Under the pieces are notes generated by a model. It was not told where the DNA came from. It was given only the letters and a program-made list of their open reading frames with translations, and did no database searches. DNA of 60,313 nt from a virus. Lineage: Duplodnaviria; Caudoviricetes. Positions 47,035-56,236 of the stretch are shown one piece after another; within the stretch, counting starts at the first letter, position 1, and every line of letters starts with the position of its first letter. The position numbers and the translations under genes were made by a program. The DNA lies in the IMG/VR virus record IMGVR_UViG_3300006116_000003, positions 1-60,313 of that record; one strand, written 5' to 3'.

Positions 47035-47502
47035 ATGATCATCATGGGAATCGACCCCGGCCTCAGCGGCGCTATCGCAACCTACGACACGGAAACCGGA
47101 GACCTTATGGTCGAGGACATGCCGACGGTCGAGATTGTCCGCAACGGGAAGAGTAAGCGCGAGATCAGCGCCCAGCTCCTTTCGGAGGCCATTGCCGCGG
47201 CATACGCCAATCAGGCGTTCCTCGAGCGAGTGGGGGCGATGCCCGGTCAGGGCGTTTCGAGCACGTTCTCTTTCGGCCGATCTGTCGGCATGATCGAGGG
47301 CGTGCTCGCCACGCTCGACATCCCCACCACCATCGTCCCGCCCACGACGTGGCAGCGCAAGGTCAACGTGCGCGGGGGCAAGGATGGAGCGCGGGAGAGG
47401 GCCATGCAGCTCTTTCCCAAGCAGGCAAAGCTTTTCAGCCGGAAGAAGGATGACGGTCGGGCCGACGCTGCCCTGATCGCGTACTACGGCGCACACATCT
47501 AA
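47035..47502 (+). CDS. ruvC: RuvC-like Holliday junction resolvase
   Basis: GIDPG.SGA, FLERV, FSFG, DGRADAALIA. Confidence 0.88.
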   Translation: MIIMGIDPGLSGAIATYDTETGDLMVEDMPTVEIVRNGKSKREISAQLLSEAIAAAYANQAFLERVGAMPGQGVSSTFSFGRSVGMIEGVLATLDIPTTIVPPTTWQRKVNVRGGKDGARERAMQLFPKQAKLFSRKKDDGRADAALIAYYGAHI

Positions 47503-47612
47503 AAATGGGGCTGGCTGTCTGTGAACATGCCAGCCCCAGAGTCGTCGCACATGGAGGTGTAGCGCACCTCTCTCTGCCATAAGAAACCGCATATTTGCAA
47601 GAGAGATGAAGC

Positions 47613-49694
47613 ATGCGAGATTTTGACGAGGAGTTTGCTGGCCCTTCGGAATACGCACACATGTATCGGAGCATTGGCTGGCAAGTAGTTCCCTCGCTGC
47701 ACCCGTCCGAGAACCAAGCTTGGAAGCGTCCGTGCGTGAAGTGGAAAGAATATCAGGACAAGCTGATCTCCGACGAGCTGTTCAATGACTGGTACGGCGA
47801 CAACGGAGAGTTCCTTCACCGCCTGAACCTCGGCCTGATGACTGGCGAGTGCTCTGGCAACATTATGTGCGTCGATCTGGATATTCAAAAGCTGCCGCAA
47901 GCTCTGGAATGGTGGCAGGATATTCTGGACGATTACAACTCGAGCATGCCGCTGGCCGCGCCGACACAGCGCACGGGCGGCGGTGGCCTGCAGATCTTCG
48001 TCCGCGCGCCCGAGGGCTATGTCATCCCGACGGGCAAGACGTCCATTGGTGTCGATATTCGCGGCCACGGCGGCTTCGCCGTGCTGCCCCCGTCGATGCA
48101 CGAGAGCGGCAAAAACTACTCGTGGATGCCCGGCTGCGAGCCGTGGAAGATCGAGATCCCCGACGCCGCTGAGTGGCTGCTCGAGGCGGTCGAGGACGTG
48201 CTGGAGAAGTACGGCGGGGCAACCCGCGTCGATGGCCCGCGGCAGCATACGGACAGCCCCGACGTCGCCCTCGACAACTTCGGCGCCATCATCGATGGGC
48301 GCGAAGACTACATGGCCAAGCTGATCTGGGCAAAGGTGGTTGATCACAGGCGCGACTACGTCTCGATGACCGACGAGATCTCGAAGCGGCTGATGCTCGA
48401 GGCCTTCAACCAATACGCCATCAGCGTAAAGAGCCGCCTGCGCGAGGCCGGGATCTCGAACGCCGACCTGCTCGAGCGAGAAGGCCGCGGGATCACCGAG
48501 TTCGCCAAGAAGTGGCAGATCGCGATGAGCAAGTGGTTCACCGACGTGGCCGAAGCTGCAGCGGTGCCGAAGAAGCGCGATGCGCCTGCGCCGGCCGAGA
48601 AGGTCTACGAGGTGACCGAGGACGAGGACGGGATCCAGAGGCCGGTCTTCGAGCCCTTCCCGATGATGTCGATCCCGATGATCAAGGTCATGCCTGACCC
48701 GAAGTGGCTGATCGAGGGCGTCGTGATCGAGAACGCCTTCGGCATAATCTACGGTGCGCCGGGCTGCGGGAAGACGTTCATCTCGCTCTCGATGGCGCTG
48801 TCGATTGCGGCCGGGCTGGCGCAGTGGTGGGGGCACAAGATCAACAAGCACGGGCCGGTGATCTACATTTCGTCGGAAGGCGTCAGCGATCTCAAGTTCC
48901 GCATCGCGGCTTGGGAAGTCGCCACCGGCATCAATGTGGACAGCATCCCGTTCTACCTGATCCACGTCCCCATCAACTTCATGAGCCCGGACGAGATCGA
49001 GCGGCTGTCGATGACCATCCAGTATTCGAACATGATGATGGGCGAGATGCCTGTGGCCATGTTCGTGGACACGGTCAGCCGTGCCCTGCCCGGTGCGGAT
49101 GAGAACCTGCAGAAGGACATGACGCTGTTCGTGCGTGCGTGCGACCAGCTCAAGGTTGAGTTCGGCTGCACGATGTTCGGTATCCACCACACCAACAAGC
49201 AGCAGGGCATGCGCGGATCGAGCGTGCTCGATGGTGCGGCCGACTTCATTTACGAGATCCGGCGCGAGGAAGGCGTCACGATTGGCGAAATGAAGGCCAA
49301 GAAGATCAAGGCGGCTGCTGACGGGTGGTCGAAGGCCTTCAAGCTCACAGAGGTGCTGTGCGGGGACGTGGCGGGCCACACGAGCCTGTTCGCCGAGCCT
49401 GCGGCCAAGGAAGACCTGCATGTGGTGCAGGAGCTGCCGAGCAAGTTCACCTGTCAGGAGATCCTGAACACGATGGAGCGGGCTTGGAACGACAAGAAGC
49501 CGTGGTCCACCCAGCCGAACACGCGCAGGGATGGCCGCTACGCCCCGATGCTGATGACCCGCTGGGAGATGAGCGAAGAGGTGGCCGAGGGGTTGATCAA
49601 TAGCTGGCTCCTGAACGGTATCGTCGAGGTCGATATGTGCGACAGGCAGAACAAGATTAAGGGGCTGAAGGTGATCACCGGCCTCTATTACTGA
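47613..49694 (+). CDS. Prim-Pol primase fused to AAA (RepA-like) helicase
   Basis: NLGLMTG..CVDLD..TGGGG.Q..DIRG.GG..VLPPS; GAPGCGKT, FVDT, IHH, RGSS. Confidence 0.9.
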   Translation: MRDFDEEFAGPSEYAHMYRSIGWQVVPSLHPSENQAWKRPCVKWKEYQDKLISDELFNDWYGDNGEFLHRLNLGLMTGECSGNIMCVDLDIQKLPQALEWWQDILDDYNSSMPLAAPTQRTGGGGLQIFVRAPEGYVIPTGKTSIGVDIRGHGGFAVLPPSMHESGKNYSWMPGCEPWKIEIPDAAEWLLEAVEDVLEKYGGATRVDGPRQHTDSPDVALDNFGAIIDGREDYMAKLIWAKVVDHRRDYVSMTDEISKRLMLEAFNQYAISVKSRLREAGISNADLLEREGRGITEFAKKWQIAMSKWFTDVAEAAAVPKKRDAPAPAEKVYEVTEDEDGIQRPVFEPFPMMSIPMIKVMPDPKWLIEGVVIENAFGIIYGAPGCGKTFISLSMALSIAAGLAQWWGHKINKHGPVIYISSEGVSDLKFRIAAWEVATGINVDSIPFYLIHVPINFMSPDEIERLSMTIQYSNMMMGEMPVAMFVDTVSRALPGADENLQKDMTLFVRACDQLKVEFGCTMFGIHHTNKQQGMRGSSVLDGAADFIYEIRREEGVTIGEMKAKKIKAAADGWSKAFKLTEVLCGDVAGHTSLFAEPAAKEDLHVVQELPSKFTCQEILNTMERAWNDKKPWSTQPNTRRDGRYAPMLMTRWEMSEEVAEGLINSWLLNGIVEVDMCDRQNKIKGLKVITGLYY

Positions 49695-49817
49695 ACGCTG
49701 GCGAACACCCGCGGTCACCTATGGACAGCCACAACACTCACACAACACAGTTGACACAACTTTCGCGTTATGATTTAAGAATGCCCGCCCCATAGGGCTA
49801 GTTTAGAAAGGAATCAT

Positions 49818-50084
49818 ATGACCATCGCGATCATCAAGAACGCCGGACCTGTCCCTGCTCGTGTCCAGAGCAATGCCCGTTACAACAACGCCTATCCCTT
49901 CGACAAGCTCGAGGTGGGCGATGCCTTTGACGTTGAAGGTCAGGGTGAGGTTGACTCGAGCGGGCGCTATGCGAGCTGGAAGTCGGTTTCGGCCTGCGCG
50001 TCGGCGAAGGGCAAGAAGACTGGCAAGAAGTTCGTTTGCCGTCGCGTGAGCGAAAAGCACGTCCGCATCTATCGCGTTTCCTGA
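49818..50084 (+). CDS. Small basic protein (YPFxxLEVGD family)
   Basis: YPFDKLEVGDAFDV..VRIYRV; TTGACA upstream at 49751. Confidence 0.75.
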   Translation: MTIAIIKNAGPVPARVQSNARYNNAYPFDKLEVGDAFDVEGQGEVDSSGRYASWKSVSACASAKGKKTGKKFVCRRVSEKHVRIYRVS

Positions 50085-50088
50085 CTGC

Positions 50089-50121
50089 TGGCGGCGGTTG
50101 TCACGTTGGCGACCGCCGCCA
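50089..50121 (+). terminator. 15-bp hairpin
   Basis: TGGCGGCGGTTGTCA-CGT-TGGCGACCGCCGCCA; no U-tract on + strand. Confidence 0.45.
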
Positions 50122-50146
50122 ACCACCCACAATGGAGGATCGAGCT

Positions 50147-50338
50147 GTGATCAAGTACCCCGAAGAGATACTCTACAGCCGCGTGAAGGAGCTCGAACGG
50201 GCCCTGTCGTTCTACGCGAATGAGGACAACTGGCTGTGCGCCTCGACCGGCTTCGCAGCGCAGTACGACCCCGAGCCGCCGGCTGTGCAGCGCGACCGTG
50301 GCCTGATCGCCCGTCGCGCGCTGGGCGTTGCTGAATAG
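50147..50338 (+). CDS. Hypothetical protein
   Basis: GGAGG RBS, GTG start; ALSFYA..DRG.IARRAL. Confidence 0.65.
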   Translation: MIKYPEEILYSRVKELERALSFYANEDNWLCASTGFAAQYDPEPPAVQRDRGLIARRALGVAE

Positions 50339-50350
50339 CGGGAGGCGGCC

Positions 50351-50647
50351 GTGGCGAATGATGACCCCAACAAGCCCACGCTGCAGGAGATCGCCAACAT
50401 GCCGATCTCGCAGTCTGTCGTGGCCATGCGCTGCTGGTATGACTCCGACTGGGGCAAGCCGCAGCCGGAGAACATGAGGCGGTTCCGCGTCAAGTTCGAC
50501 TACAGCTACACCGTCGAGGCCAGCTTCGATGAGGTAGTGGAGGCGGAGGACGCCAAGTCCGCTGAGGACATCGCGGAGGAGGAGATCGTTGATGATTATG
50601 GCCACGATGTCGAGATCGGCATCATGAGCGTTGAGGAGGTAGATTAA
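50351..50647 (+). CDS. Acidic hypothetical protein
   Basis: GGAGG RBS. Confidence 0.6.
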   Translation: MANDDPNKPTLQEIANMPISQSVVAMRCWYDSDWGKPQPENMRRFRVKFDYSYTVEASFDEVVEAEDAKSAEDIAEEEIVDDYGHDVEIGIMSVEEVD

Positions 50648-50832
50648 TGACCCACAGCATCCAACCCCTCGTGTTCAGCGCCCTGATCGTGCTGGGGTGC
50701 GTCATCACCGTGCTGGTATGCCTTGAGGACGATCCGCGCACGCCGCGCACCACCAAGCTGCTGACCCTGCTGACTGTCGCCTTCACGCTGCTGATCCCGG
50801 TGGCCGTTATCTGCTGGGGGCTGGGGCTGTGA
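50647..50832 (+). CDS. Small two-TM protein
   Basis: Two hydrophobic helices; TAATG coupling. Confidence 0.6.
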   Translation: MTHSIQPLVFSALIVLGCVITVLVCLEDDPRTPRTTKLLTLLTVAFTLLIPVAVICWGLGL

Positions 50833-51083
50833 TCCTGTTTCCCGTCACCGCCGCCGTTCGCAGCAACGCGAACAACAAGTTGAAACCTGCCAATTCGGTC
50901 GGGATATTCGATAGCTATGGCTACACGGTATCGTTCGGGCGGGGGCCGATAGACCTGCCCGGCGACAGCCTCGACCTTGGCCTCAAGATCGCGTCAATGA
51001 TCAACGCCGCTTACGAATACGGGAAGGCTGACGCGCAGGCGAAACTTCGGGAAGCCCTTGGAATTGAGGAGGACCAAGCATGA
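50829..51083 (+). CDS. Hypothetical protein
   Basis: GTGA coupling. Confidence 0.55.
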   Translation: MILFPVTAAVRSNANNKLKPANSVGIFDSYGYTVSFGRGPIDLPGDSLDLGLKIASMINAAYEYGKADAQAKLREALGIEEDQA

Positions 51084-51331
51084 CCAGCACCACACAGGCC
51101 GATGTGGCCGAACTGATTGAGCATCTAAGGCATCCGTACCCAGAAATAGCGGGGATGGTGGCAGACAAAGCCGCCGACACGCTCGCAGCCCTGTCCGCCC
51201 GTCTGGCCGAGGTGGAGGCGGAGAACGTGCGGCTACAAAAGGAAAACGGCATACGCCAAAGGCGCATCGAGCGGCTGGAAAAGCTGCACCGTGACATCAT
51301 AGCCTACCAAGCAGGAAAGGCAGAGCAGTGA
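51080..51331 (+). CDS. Coiled-coil hypothetical protein
   Basis: AADTL..L..VEAENVRL. Confidence 0.6.
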   Translation: MTSTTQADVAELIEHLRHPYPEIAGMVADKAADTLAALSARLAEVEAENVRLQKENGIRQRRIERLEKLHRDIIAYQAGKAEQ

Positions 51332-51531
51332 GCGATATGGACAACATCCGCACCAACTTCTGCGTTGGGTGCAAGGAGGCCGCCGACCGCGTCAAGCAAC
51401 TGGAGGCGGAGAACGCGCGGCTGCGGGAGGCGTTGCGGGCTATTATCTATCTTGACCATCACAACATGGGCGCATCGTCCACATGGGCAAATGTCGCCCG
51501 CGCCGCCCTCGCGGGAAAGGCAGACCAATGA
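51328..51531 (+). CDS. Hypothetical protein
   Basis: CVGC; LEAENARLREAL..ARAAL. Confidence 0.6.
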   Translation: MSDMDNIRTNFCVGCKEAADRVKQLEAENARLREALRAIIYLDHHNMGASSTWANVARAALAGKADQ

Positions 51532-51627
51532 TCCCGCCCGCGCTGCGCCACTGGCTGTGGGTGAACTTCGGGATCGACGTTTACGAGTGGCGGGATGATG
51601 AGATCAGATTTTAGAAGGAGCAAAGCA

Positions 51628-51963
51628 ATGTTTTTTCAATACAACCAGAACAACTCGGGCGGCGGCTTCATCGTCAATGACCGCGTGGCCCACAACGTCT
51701 TCATCGAGGCCGACAGCCCCAAGGATGCTGACGAGAGGGCGCAGGAAATCGGCATCTACTTCGACGATGACTACGAGGTTGACTGCGAGTGCTGCGGCAC
51801 CCGCTGGAGCCGCGCTTGGGAGGACGGCATGGAGACGCCCATGATCTACGGCACGCCCATCGAGGACTACAAGGAGCATTGGGCCGAGCCCGGCAAGCCC
51901 TACGCCTGCGTCTACTACAAGGACGGCGGGCAGGTCAGCTACAGCCGCACGGGGGACGCGTAA
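51628..51963 (+). CDS. Conserved phage protein
   Basis: YNQNNSGG.F..IEA..GIYFD..DCECCG.RW; AAGGAG RBS. Confidence 0.75.
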   Translation: MFFQYNQNNSGGGFIVNDRVAHNVFIEADSPKDADERAQEIGIYFDDDYEVDCECCGTRWSRAWEDGMETPMIYGTPIEDYKEHWAEPGKPYACVYYKDGGQVSYSRTGDA

Positions 51964-52283
51964 TGAGCGACGAAACGATGCCCGAGTGGGTGCTGATCGA
52001 GGCCGGGAAGCGGAGTGGATGGGCTGATAAAAGCCCGCACACCTTGCTCCAATTGTACCGCTCGTGCGCCCACAGCGCGTACCGCGCCCTCTGTGACATG
52101 ATCCTGAAGCACGAGCAGCCGCCTGTGGACCCCAAGCTGCTGCTCGTGCGCGAGGCCTGTGCGCAGATTTTCGAGGAGAGCGGTATGGAGGACGCGAATA
52201 ACTTCCGAACAGGCGACTGGGATGATTTCCACTCTATACGGGCCGCCCTTCTCGCCATCGACCTGTGGGAGAAGCGGCAATGA
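51963..52283 (+). CDS. Hypothetical protein
   Basis: TAATG coupling; MSDETMPEW. Confidence 0.6.
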   Translation: MSDETMPEWVLIEAGKRSGWADKSPHTLLQLYRSCAHSAYRALCDMILKHEQPPVDPKLLLVREACAQIFEESGMEDANNFRTGDWDDFHSIRAALLAIDLWEKRQ

Positions 52284-52408
52284 CGAGCAACCACTGGCTG
52301 CTCGCCGTCATCGTGGCCGTGCTGTGCGCGGCAGGCTGGCTGGCCACGACCAAGCCGAACGTCCTCCCGCCGCAGGAGCGGGAAGATCCAGAGGAGTGGT
52401 GGTGGTGA
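52280..52408 (+). CDS. Small TM peptide
   Basis: 42 aa, coupled at both ends. Confidence 0.45.
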   Translation: MTSNHWLLAVIVAVLCAAGWLATTKPNVLPPQEREDPEEWWW

Positions 52409-52641
52409 GCGACGAACCATATGACACCGTCGAGGGCCTGAGCGAGCAGGAGGCTGAGTTCACTTGGCAGAGCAGCACGTTGTCCTTCATGGCCGACTGC
52501 GGCACTGGCCTGCTGGCTGAGGGCCGCAAGCAGGAGCGTGAGCGCATCGCGGACTGGCTGCGCAAGAACAATGCGGAAATCTGCGACCAGTCGCCCACGA
52601 CCATCGCCGCCGCAATCATTGACGAGGAGCACTGGCAATGA
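52405..52641 (+). CDS. Hypothetical protein
   Basis: GTG start; ERERIADWLRK. Confidence 0.55.
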   Translation: MSDEPYDTVEGLSEQEAEFTWQSSTLSFMADCGTGLLAEGRKQERERIADWLRKNNAEICDQSPTTIAAAIIDEEHWQ

Positions 52642-52850
52642 GCGACAGCCGGGCCGAGATCGCGCGCCTCGAGGAGTGGGTGGGCGAGCTGTATTGGAAA
52701 CTGATGCGGATGACCGACCGCTGGCAGGAGCAGCGTGCGCGCATCGAGAGCATCCGGCAGGAGACCGAGGCCGAGATCGCCGCATGGCTGCGGAAGCACG
52801 GTTACACGCAGATCGCCAAGAAGATCGAGGATGGGGAGCATCTGAAATGA
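52638..52850 (+). CDS. Hypothetical protein
   Basis: IAAWLRKHG..IEDGEHL. Confidence 0.6.
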   Translation: MSDSRAEIARLEEWVGELYWKLMRMTDRWQEQRARIESIRQETEAEIAAWLRKHGYTQIAKKIEDGEHLK

Positions 52851-53035
52851 GCATCGCAATCGTAATCGCCGTCTATGCGACAGTGGCGCTGGCCACAGCC
52901 TATGTGGCAGGCAGGCTTGATGTTGACGAGCTGGCCCTTGCGCCCCTGAGCCTCTTGTGGCCGATCCTCTTGCCGATTGTGGGCATCTTGACGCTGCTCA
53001 CCGCCATCTACGACTTGGGGAGGAAGGGCAAATGA
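52847..53035 (+). CDS. Small two-TM protein
   Basis: Hydrophobic helices; LLWPILLP. Confidence 0.6.
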   Translation: MSIAIVIAVYATVALATAYVAGRLDVDELALAPLSLLWPILLPIVGILTLLTAIYDLGRKGK

Positions 53036-53196
53036 ACGTCTGGGTGATCCAGTGGTCCTACAAGGAGGGGACGGGCGCGGACATCATCGAGCCGGCCTTT
53101 GTCAGCGAGGACAAGGCGCGGTGGCTGGTCGCGCTGCTGCACAAGATGTGTCCGGACAAGAGGTTCGAGCTGCACAATCTCAAGGTCAGGGGGTAG
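53032..53196 (+). CDS. Hypothetical protein
   Basis: ATGA coupling; MNVWVIQW. Confidence 0.55.
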   Translation: MNVWVIQWSYKEGTGADIIEPAFVSEDKARWLVALLHKMCPDKRFELHNLKVRG

Positions 53197-53198
53197 GC

Positions 53199-53417
53199 GT
53201 GGAAAAGGATCTCGTCGAGAAGCTGATGGACTGCGCCACCTTCGGGGCGGAAGGCGCAGAGCACCTCTGCTTCGATGCCGCGATGCGCATCTTGTCCCTT
53301 GAGAAGGCGCTGAGGAAGATCGTGCTGGTCGATGCAGACGTCCTGTGCCCCGCAAGCGACATGTGCGACATCGCGCTCGAGGCGCTGGGCTGGGAGGTCA
53401 TCGATGAAGATCGATAA
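53199..53417 (+). CDS. Hypothetical protein
   Basis: GTG start; DLVEKL..LEKALRKI. Confidence 0.55.
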   Translation: MEKDLVEKLMDCATFGAEGAEHLCFDAAMRILSLEKALRKIVLVDADVLCPASDMCDIALEALGWEVIDEDR

Positions 53418-53631
53418 GCAGATCATATCGGCCTTAGAGGCCTCAGGACGCCCGTGGGAGCTCGTGGAGGGCTCTCGGCACGTCAAGGTGAGGGTGGATG
53501 GCCATCTCGTCGCGATCCTGCCCCTGACGCCAAATGAGGCGAATCGGCGGGCGGTCAAAAACTGCTTGTCCCAGATCAAGCGCGCGAGCAGGGGGATATA
53601 CCCCGCAACCCGCACACCGGAAAAGGCATGA
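53404..53631 (+). CDS. HicA-like small protein
   Basis: LEASG.PWELVEGSRHVKV beta-hairpin His, C-terminal helix. Confidence 0.5.
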   Translation: MKIDKQIISALEASGRPWELVEGSRHVKVRVDGHLVAILPLTPNEANRRAVKNCLSQIKRASRGIYPATRTPEKA

Positions 53632-53783
53632 CCGAGGACAAAAACGAATTTATCGCCACCGTGGCTGCGTCTGCAGCAGTCGCGGCGCGGCTCGAGGAGC
53701 GGGAGCGAATCGCCCGCTGGTTCAGGAAGCACGGCCGTGAGCAGACGGCGCGGCAGATCGAGGCTGGGGAGCACCTCAATTGA
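53628..53783 (+). CDS. Hypothetical protein
   Basis: ERERIARWFRKHG..IEAGEHL; coupled. Confidence 0.55.
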   Translation: MTEDKNEFIATVAASAAVAARLEERERIARWFRKHGREQTARQIEAGEHLN

Positions 53784-54002
53784 GCGAAGAGGTTATGAAG
53801 GAAGCGCGCCGGCTATGCCTTGCCAGCAAGGTCTGGGGGCGGCCGTGCGCGGTGGCTATCGAAACAGGCCAGTGGGATCAGGGCAGCGTCGTCCAGTCGT
53901 TCGTCCCGCGGGCGCAGGCGAACCTGAAAAACCGCCCAACTGGTCAATAGATTGTACCAATTGGGTGCTTATGGTACATCTGGCGAAAGAACGGAGATAC
54001 AA

Positions 54003-54422
54003 ATGGCACGTCCCCGGTACGAAACGCAGGCCGATCTCGACGCGGAATTGATCATCGCGGAAAGGATCGGGAAGCACCTGAAGTCCGAATACATCAAGCT
54101 GCCCCAGAACAGCCGCGCCGACTTTCTGTTCCACACCGAGGGCAAGCCCAAGGCCATCGTCGAGATCAAGAAGCGTTCGAACACCCGCAACAAGTACGAG
54201 ACGTACATGCTGGGGCGGGGCAAGTACGACGCGCTGCTTGATTGGAGCAAGAAGGGCTTCAACACCGCGCTGTTCGTGCAGTGGACGGACGATCTGGCCT
54301 ACGTGAAGATCCCCGCGACCTTCACCGAAGGCGTGGGTGGACGATACGACAGGGGCGACCCCCTCGACCGCGAGAGCGTGGTGCTGATCGGCACAACCCT
54401 CTTCAAGTCGATCACGGAATGA
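54003..54422 (+). CDS. PD-(D/E)XK-type nuclease
   Basis: RADF....AIVEIKKR; GGAG RBS. Confidence 0.65.
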   Translation: MARPRYETQADLDAELIIAERIGKHLKSEYIKLPQNSRADFLFHTEGKPKAIVEIKKRSNTRNKYETYMLGRGKYDALLDWSKKGFNTALFVQWTDDLAYVKIPATFTEGVGGRYDRGDPLDRESVVLIGTTLFKSITE

Positions 54423-54446
54423 AGTGAGAGAAGGCAGGAGACGCGC

Positions 54447-54713
54447 ATGAGCATTCTGGACACCATCTTCCCCAATAAGAAGCTGGCCGAGCTTCAAGAG
54501 TCCGTCAGGAACCTCTTGCAGCACGTCATCGACAAGGATCGGGAGATCCGAAAGCTCAAGGACGACCTGAGGAACAGCCGGCTGGAGAACAGCAAGCTGT
54601 CGATCCGCGTGCGCATGCAGAAGGACCAGATTGTCGAGCTCGACAACAAGGTCCGCAACGCCCTCTTCCGAGACGAGAAGACAGGGCGGATCACCAAGGC
54701 TCCGAAGGAGTAG
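54447..54713 (+). CDS. Coiled-coil hypothetical protein
   Basis: AGGAG RBS; RDEKTGRI C-terminus. Confidence 0.7.
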   Translation: MSILDTIFPNKKLAELQESVRNLLQHVIDKDREIRKLKDDLRNSRLENSKLSIRVRMQKDQIVELDNKVRNALFRDEKTGRITKAPKE

Positions 54714-54865
54714 GAGCCCGCAGTCCCCATCCTCGATCTGGCAGCGACAGCCGCAGCCTACTGGCTGGCAGGCAAGGCCCTGACGTACCTTCCGGAGAGG
54801 TGGTGGTGGACGCCGCTGGCCATGATCAGCTTCGCGGCCATCCTGCTGCACGGGGCAAAAGTGGT

Positions 54866-55028
54866 CACGGAAGTCTCACGGAAGCTCACGGAAGTAAGCG
54901 TGCTTACTATCTCTAAGTGATTGAAATCATTGCACGGAAGTCGTTACGGAAGTCTCACGGAAGCTGCGGAAGCGACTTCCGTACTCATTGAAAAGAAAAG
55001 AAAAAACCACGGAAGTCGAAAACGGAAG
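54866..55028. repeat. Iteron-like CGGAAG array, putative replication origin
   Basis: 9 direct and 1 inverted copy of (c)ACGGAAG, 10-13 bp spacing within clusters, A-tract at 54991-55006. Confidence 0.7.
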
Positions 55029-55298
55029 GGGGCCACCTTATTTTATAAGGTGCGTACTGAGGTACGCGCACCTATAAGGGATATGGAGTTGAGCGCGCCG
55101 GGCGCGGAAGCGTGATCTCGCCCCTTGACGGGGCTCGTCCCGCACGGGGGCTTCGCCCCCTTTCCGCTGGCGCAGGCGATATGTGATGGAGGTTGTATGG
55201 CTGAAGGAAGGAATGGCCGTGTGGACGGTCGTGTGGATGATCGTGCTGGTGGTCGTCGTGCCGGTGGGCGCAATGGCCGGAAGGGGGGCGCGGACGCA

Positions 55299-55589
55299 AT
55301 GGCCGGTAAGCTGTCGCGCATGATCGGAGGCAGGGCCTACATGCGGCACGATGGTGAGGTCGATGTGGCAAAGAAGGATCGGTGGGTGCTGGTGCACGTA
55401 CCCGAGTGGTCGAGGGATGGCTGGAAGAGCTACAAGCTGTTTCTGGATGATGCGAAGGCGCGGAAGAAGGTCTGGCACCTCGCGCACAAGGATGGCCGGA
55501 TCACCGGCGGCGCGTTCATTACCAATCTGATGGAGAACCACCCCGACGCCCTGCAGTGGGCAACGTGGGCGATTAAGGAGTGCAACTGA
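55299..55589 (+). CDS. Hypothetical protein
   Basis: C-terminal part of the 154-aa ORF looks coding; start uncertain. Confidence 0.55.
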   Translation: MAGKLSRMIGGRAYMRHDGEVDVAKKDRWVLVHVPEWSRDGWKSYKLFLDDAKARKKVWHLAHKDGRITGGAFITNLMENHPDALQWATWAIKECN

Positions 55590-56236
55590 TGGCCAAGTCG
55601 TTTCAGCGCAAGCGCAACCCGAACATTGTCCTCCCCCCGTCGAGGCCGGGCTCGGCTCCGTGGCAGACGTCCTACGGGTTGTACATTGCCGGCAGCGAGG
55701 CCATCGATGACATGAAGGTGGTGATCCGGGCGATGGAGGATAAGTGGGGCGTCGGTGCGCTCCGGATGAAGGTCGGGGCTGAGCTGCGCGAGAAATTCGA
55801 CCGGCAGCGGTACCTGACCAATCAGGCCATCTGGGCTGGGGATCTTGAGGAGCTGCGCACACAGACCAAGCGGATGATCAGCGCCTACCGCGCGCTCGAC
55901 AAGGCCGCTGAGGCTGCAGGCGAGAGCAGGAAGCCGGTCGAGCAGTGGGAGGCTGTGCTGGACTTCGGGGCTGTGCTGGTGGTGGTGAAGCACCCCGATG
56001 ATGTGGTCAAGGTGGCTGCGGATGGCCGGAAGAAGGTGGTCTGGTCGCTCGATGAGGTTGCGGCTCTGGTCGATCAGCAGACGGCGACAATGTACGCCAA
56101 GCTGGCCTTCCCCGGAGCCACGGTGATCAAGACGGATAGCCAGATCGACGACCCCCTGAACAACCTCAAGACGTCGGACACCGACCTCGATCAGGACATC
56201 TCGGACATCGCGGTGGTGGACGACTGTCCGTTCTAG
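55589..56236 (+). CDS. Conserved phage protein next to putative origin
   Basis: AAGGAG RBS; KWGVG.L..ELREKF..Q; acidic DDCPF tail. Confidence 0.7.
   Translation: MAKSFQRKRNPNIVLPPSRPGSAPWQTSYGLYIAGSEAIDDMKVVIRAMEDKWGVGALRMKVGAELREKFDRQRYLTNQAIWAGDLEELRTQTKRMISAYRALDKAAEAAGESRKPVEQWEAVLDFGAVLVVVKHPDDVVKVAADGRKKVVWSLDEVAALVDQQTATMYAKLAFPGATVIKTDSQIDDPLNNLKTSDTDLDQDISDIAVVDDCPF

Noticed and set aside
2373-49694. Genome-wide stop-codon reassignment
   Set aside because: Core genes are intact under code 11, and both intact tRNAs have sense anticodons
5252-49718. Long antisense and alternate-frame ORFs (e.g. 5252-6964, 17360-18952, 36470-38509, 47499-49718, N-terminal part of 40018-41610)
   Set aside because: Shadow ORFs expected from high-GC codon bias; the overlapping frames carry the recognisable motifs
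54866-55028. CRISPR mini-array
   Set aside because: Repeats are only 7-9 bp with 2-5 bp gaps; no spacer-length unique sequences and no cas genes
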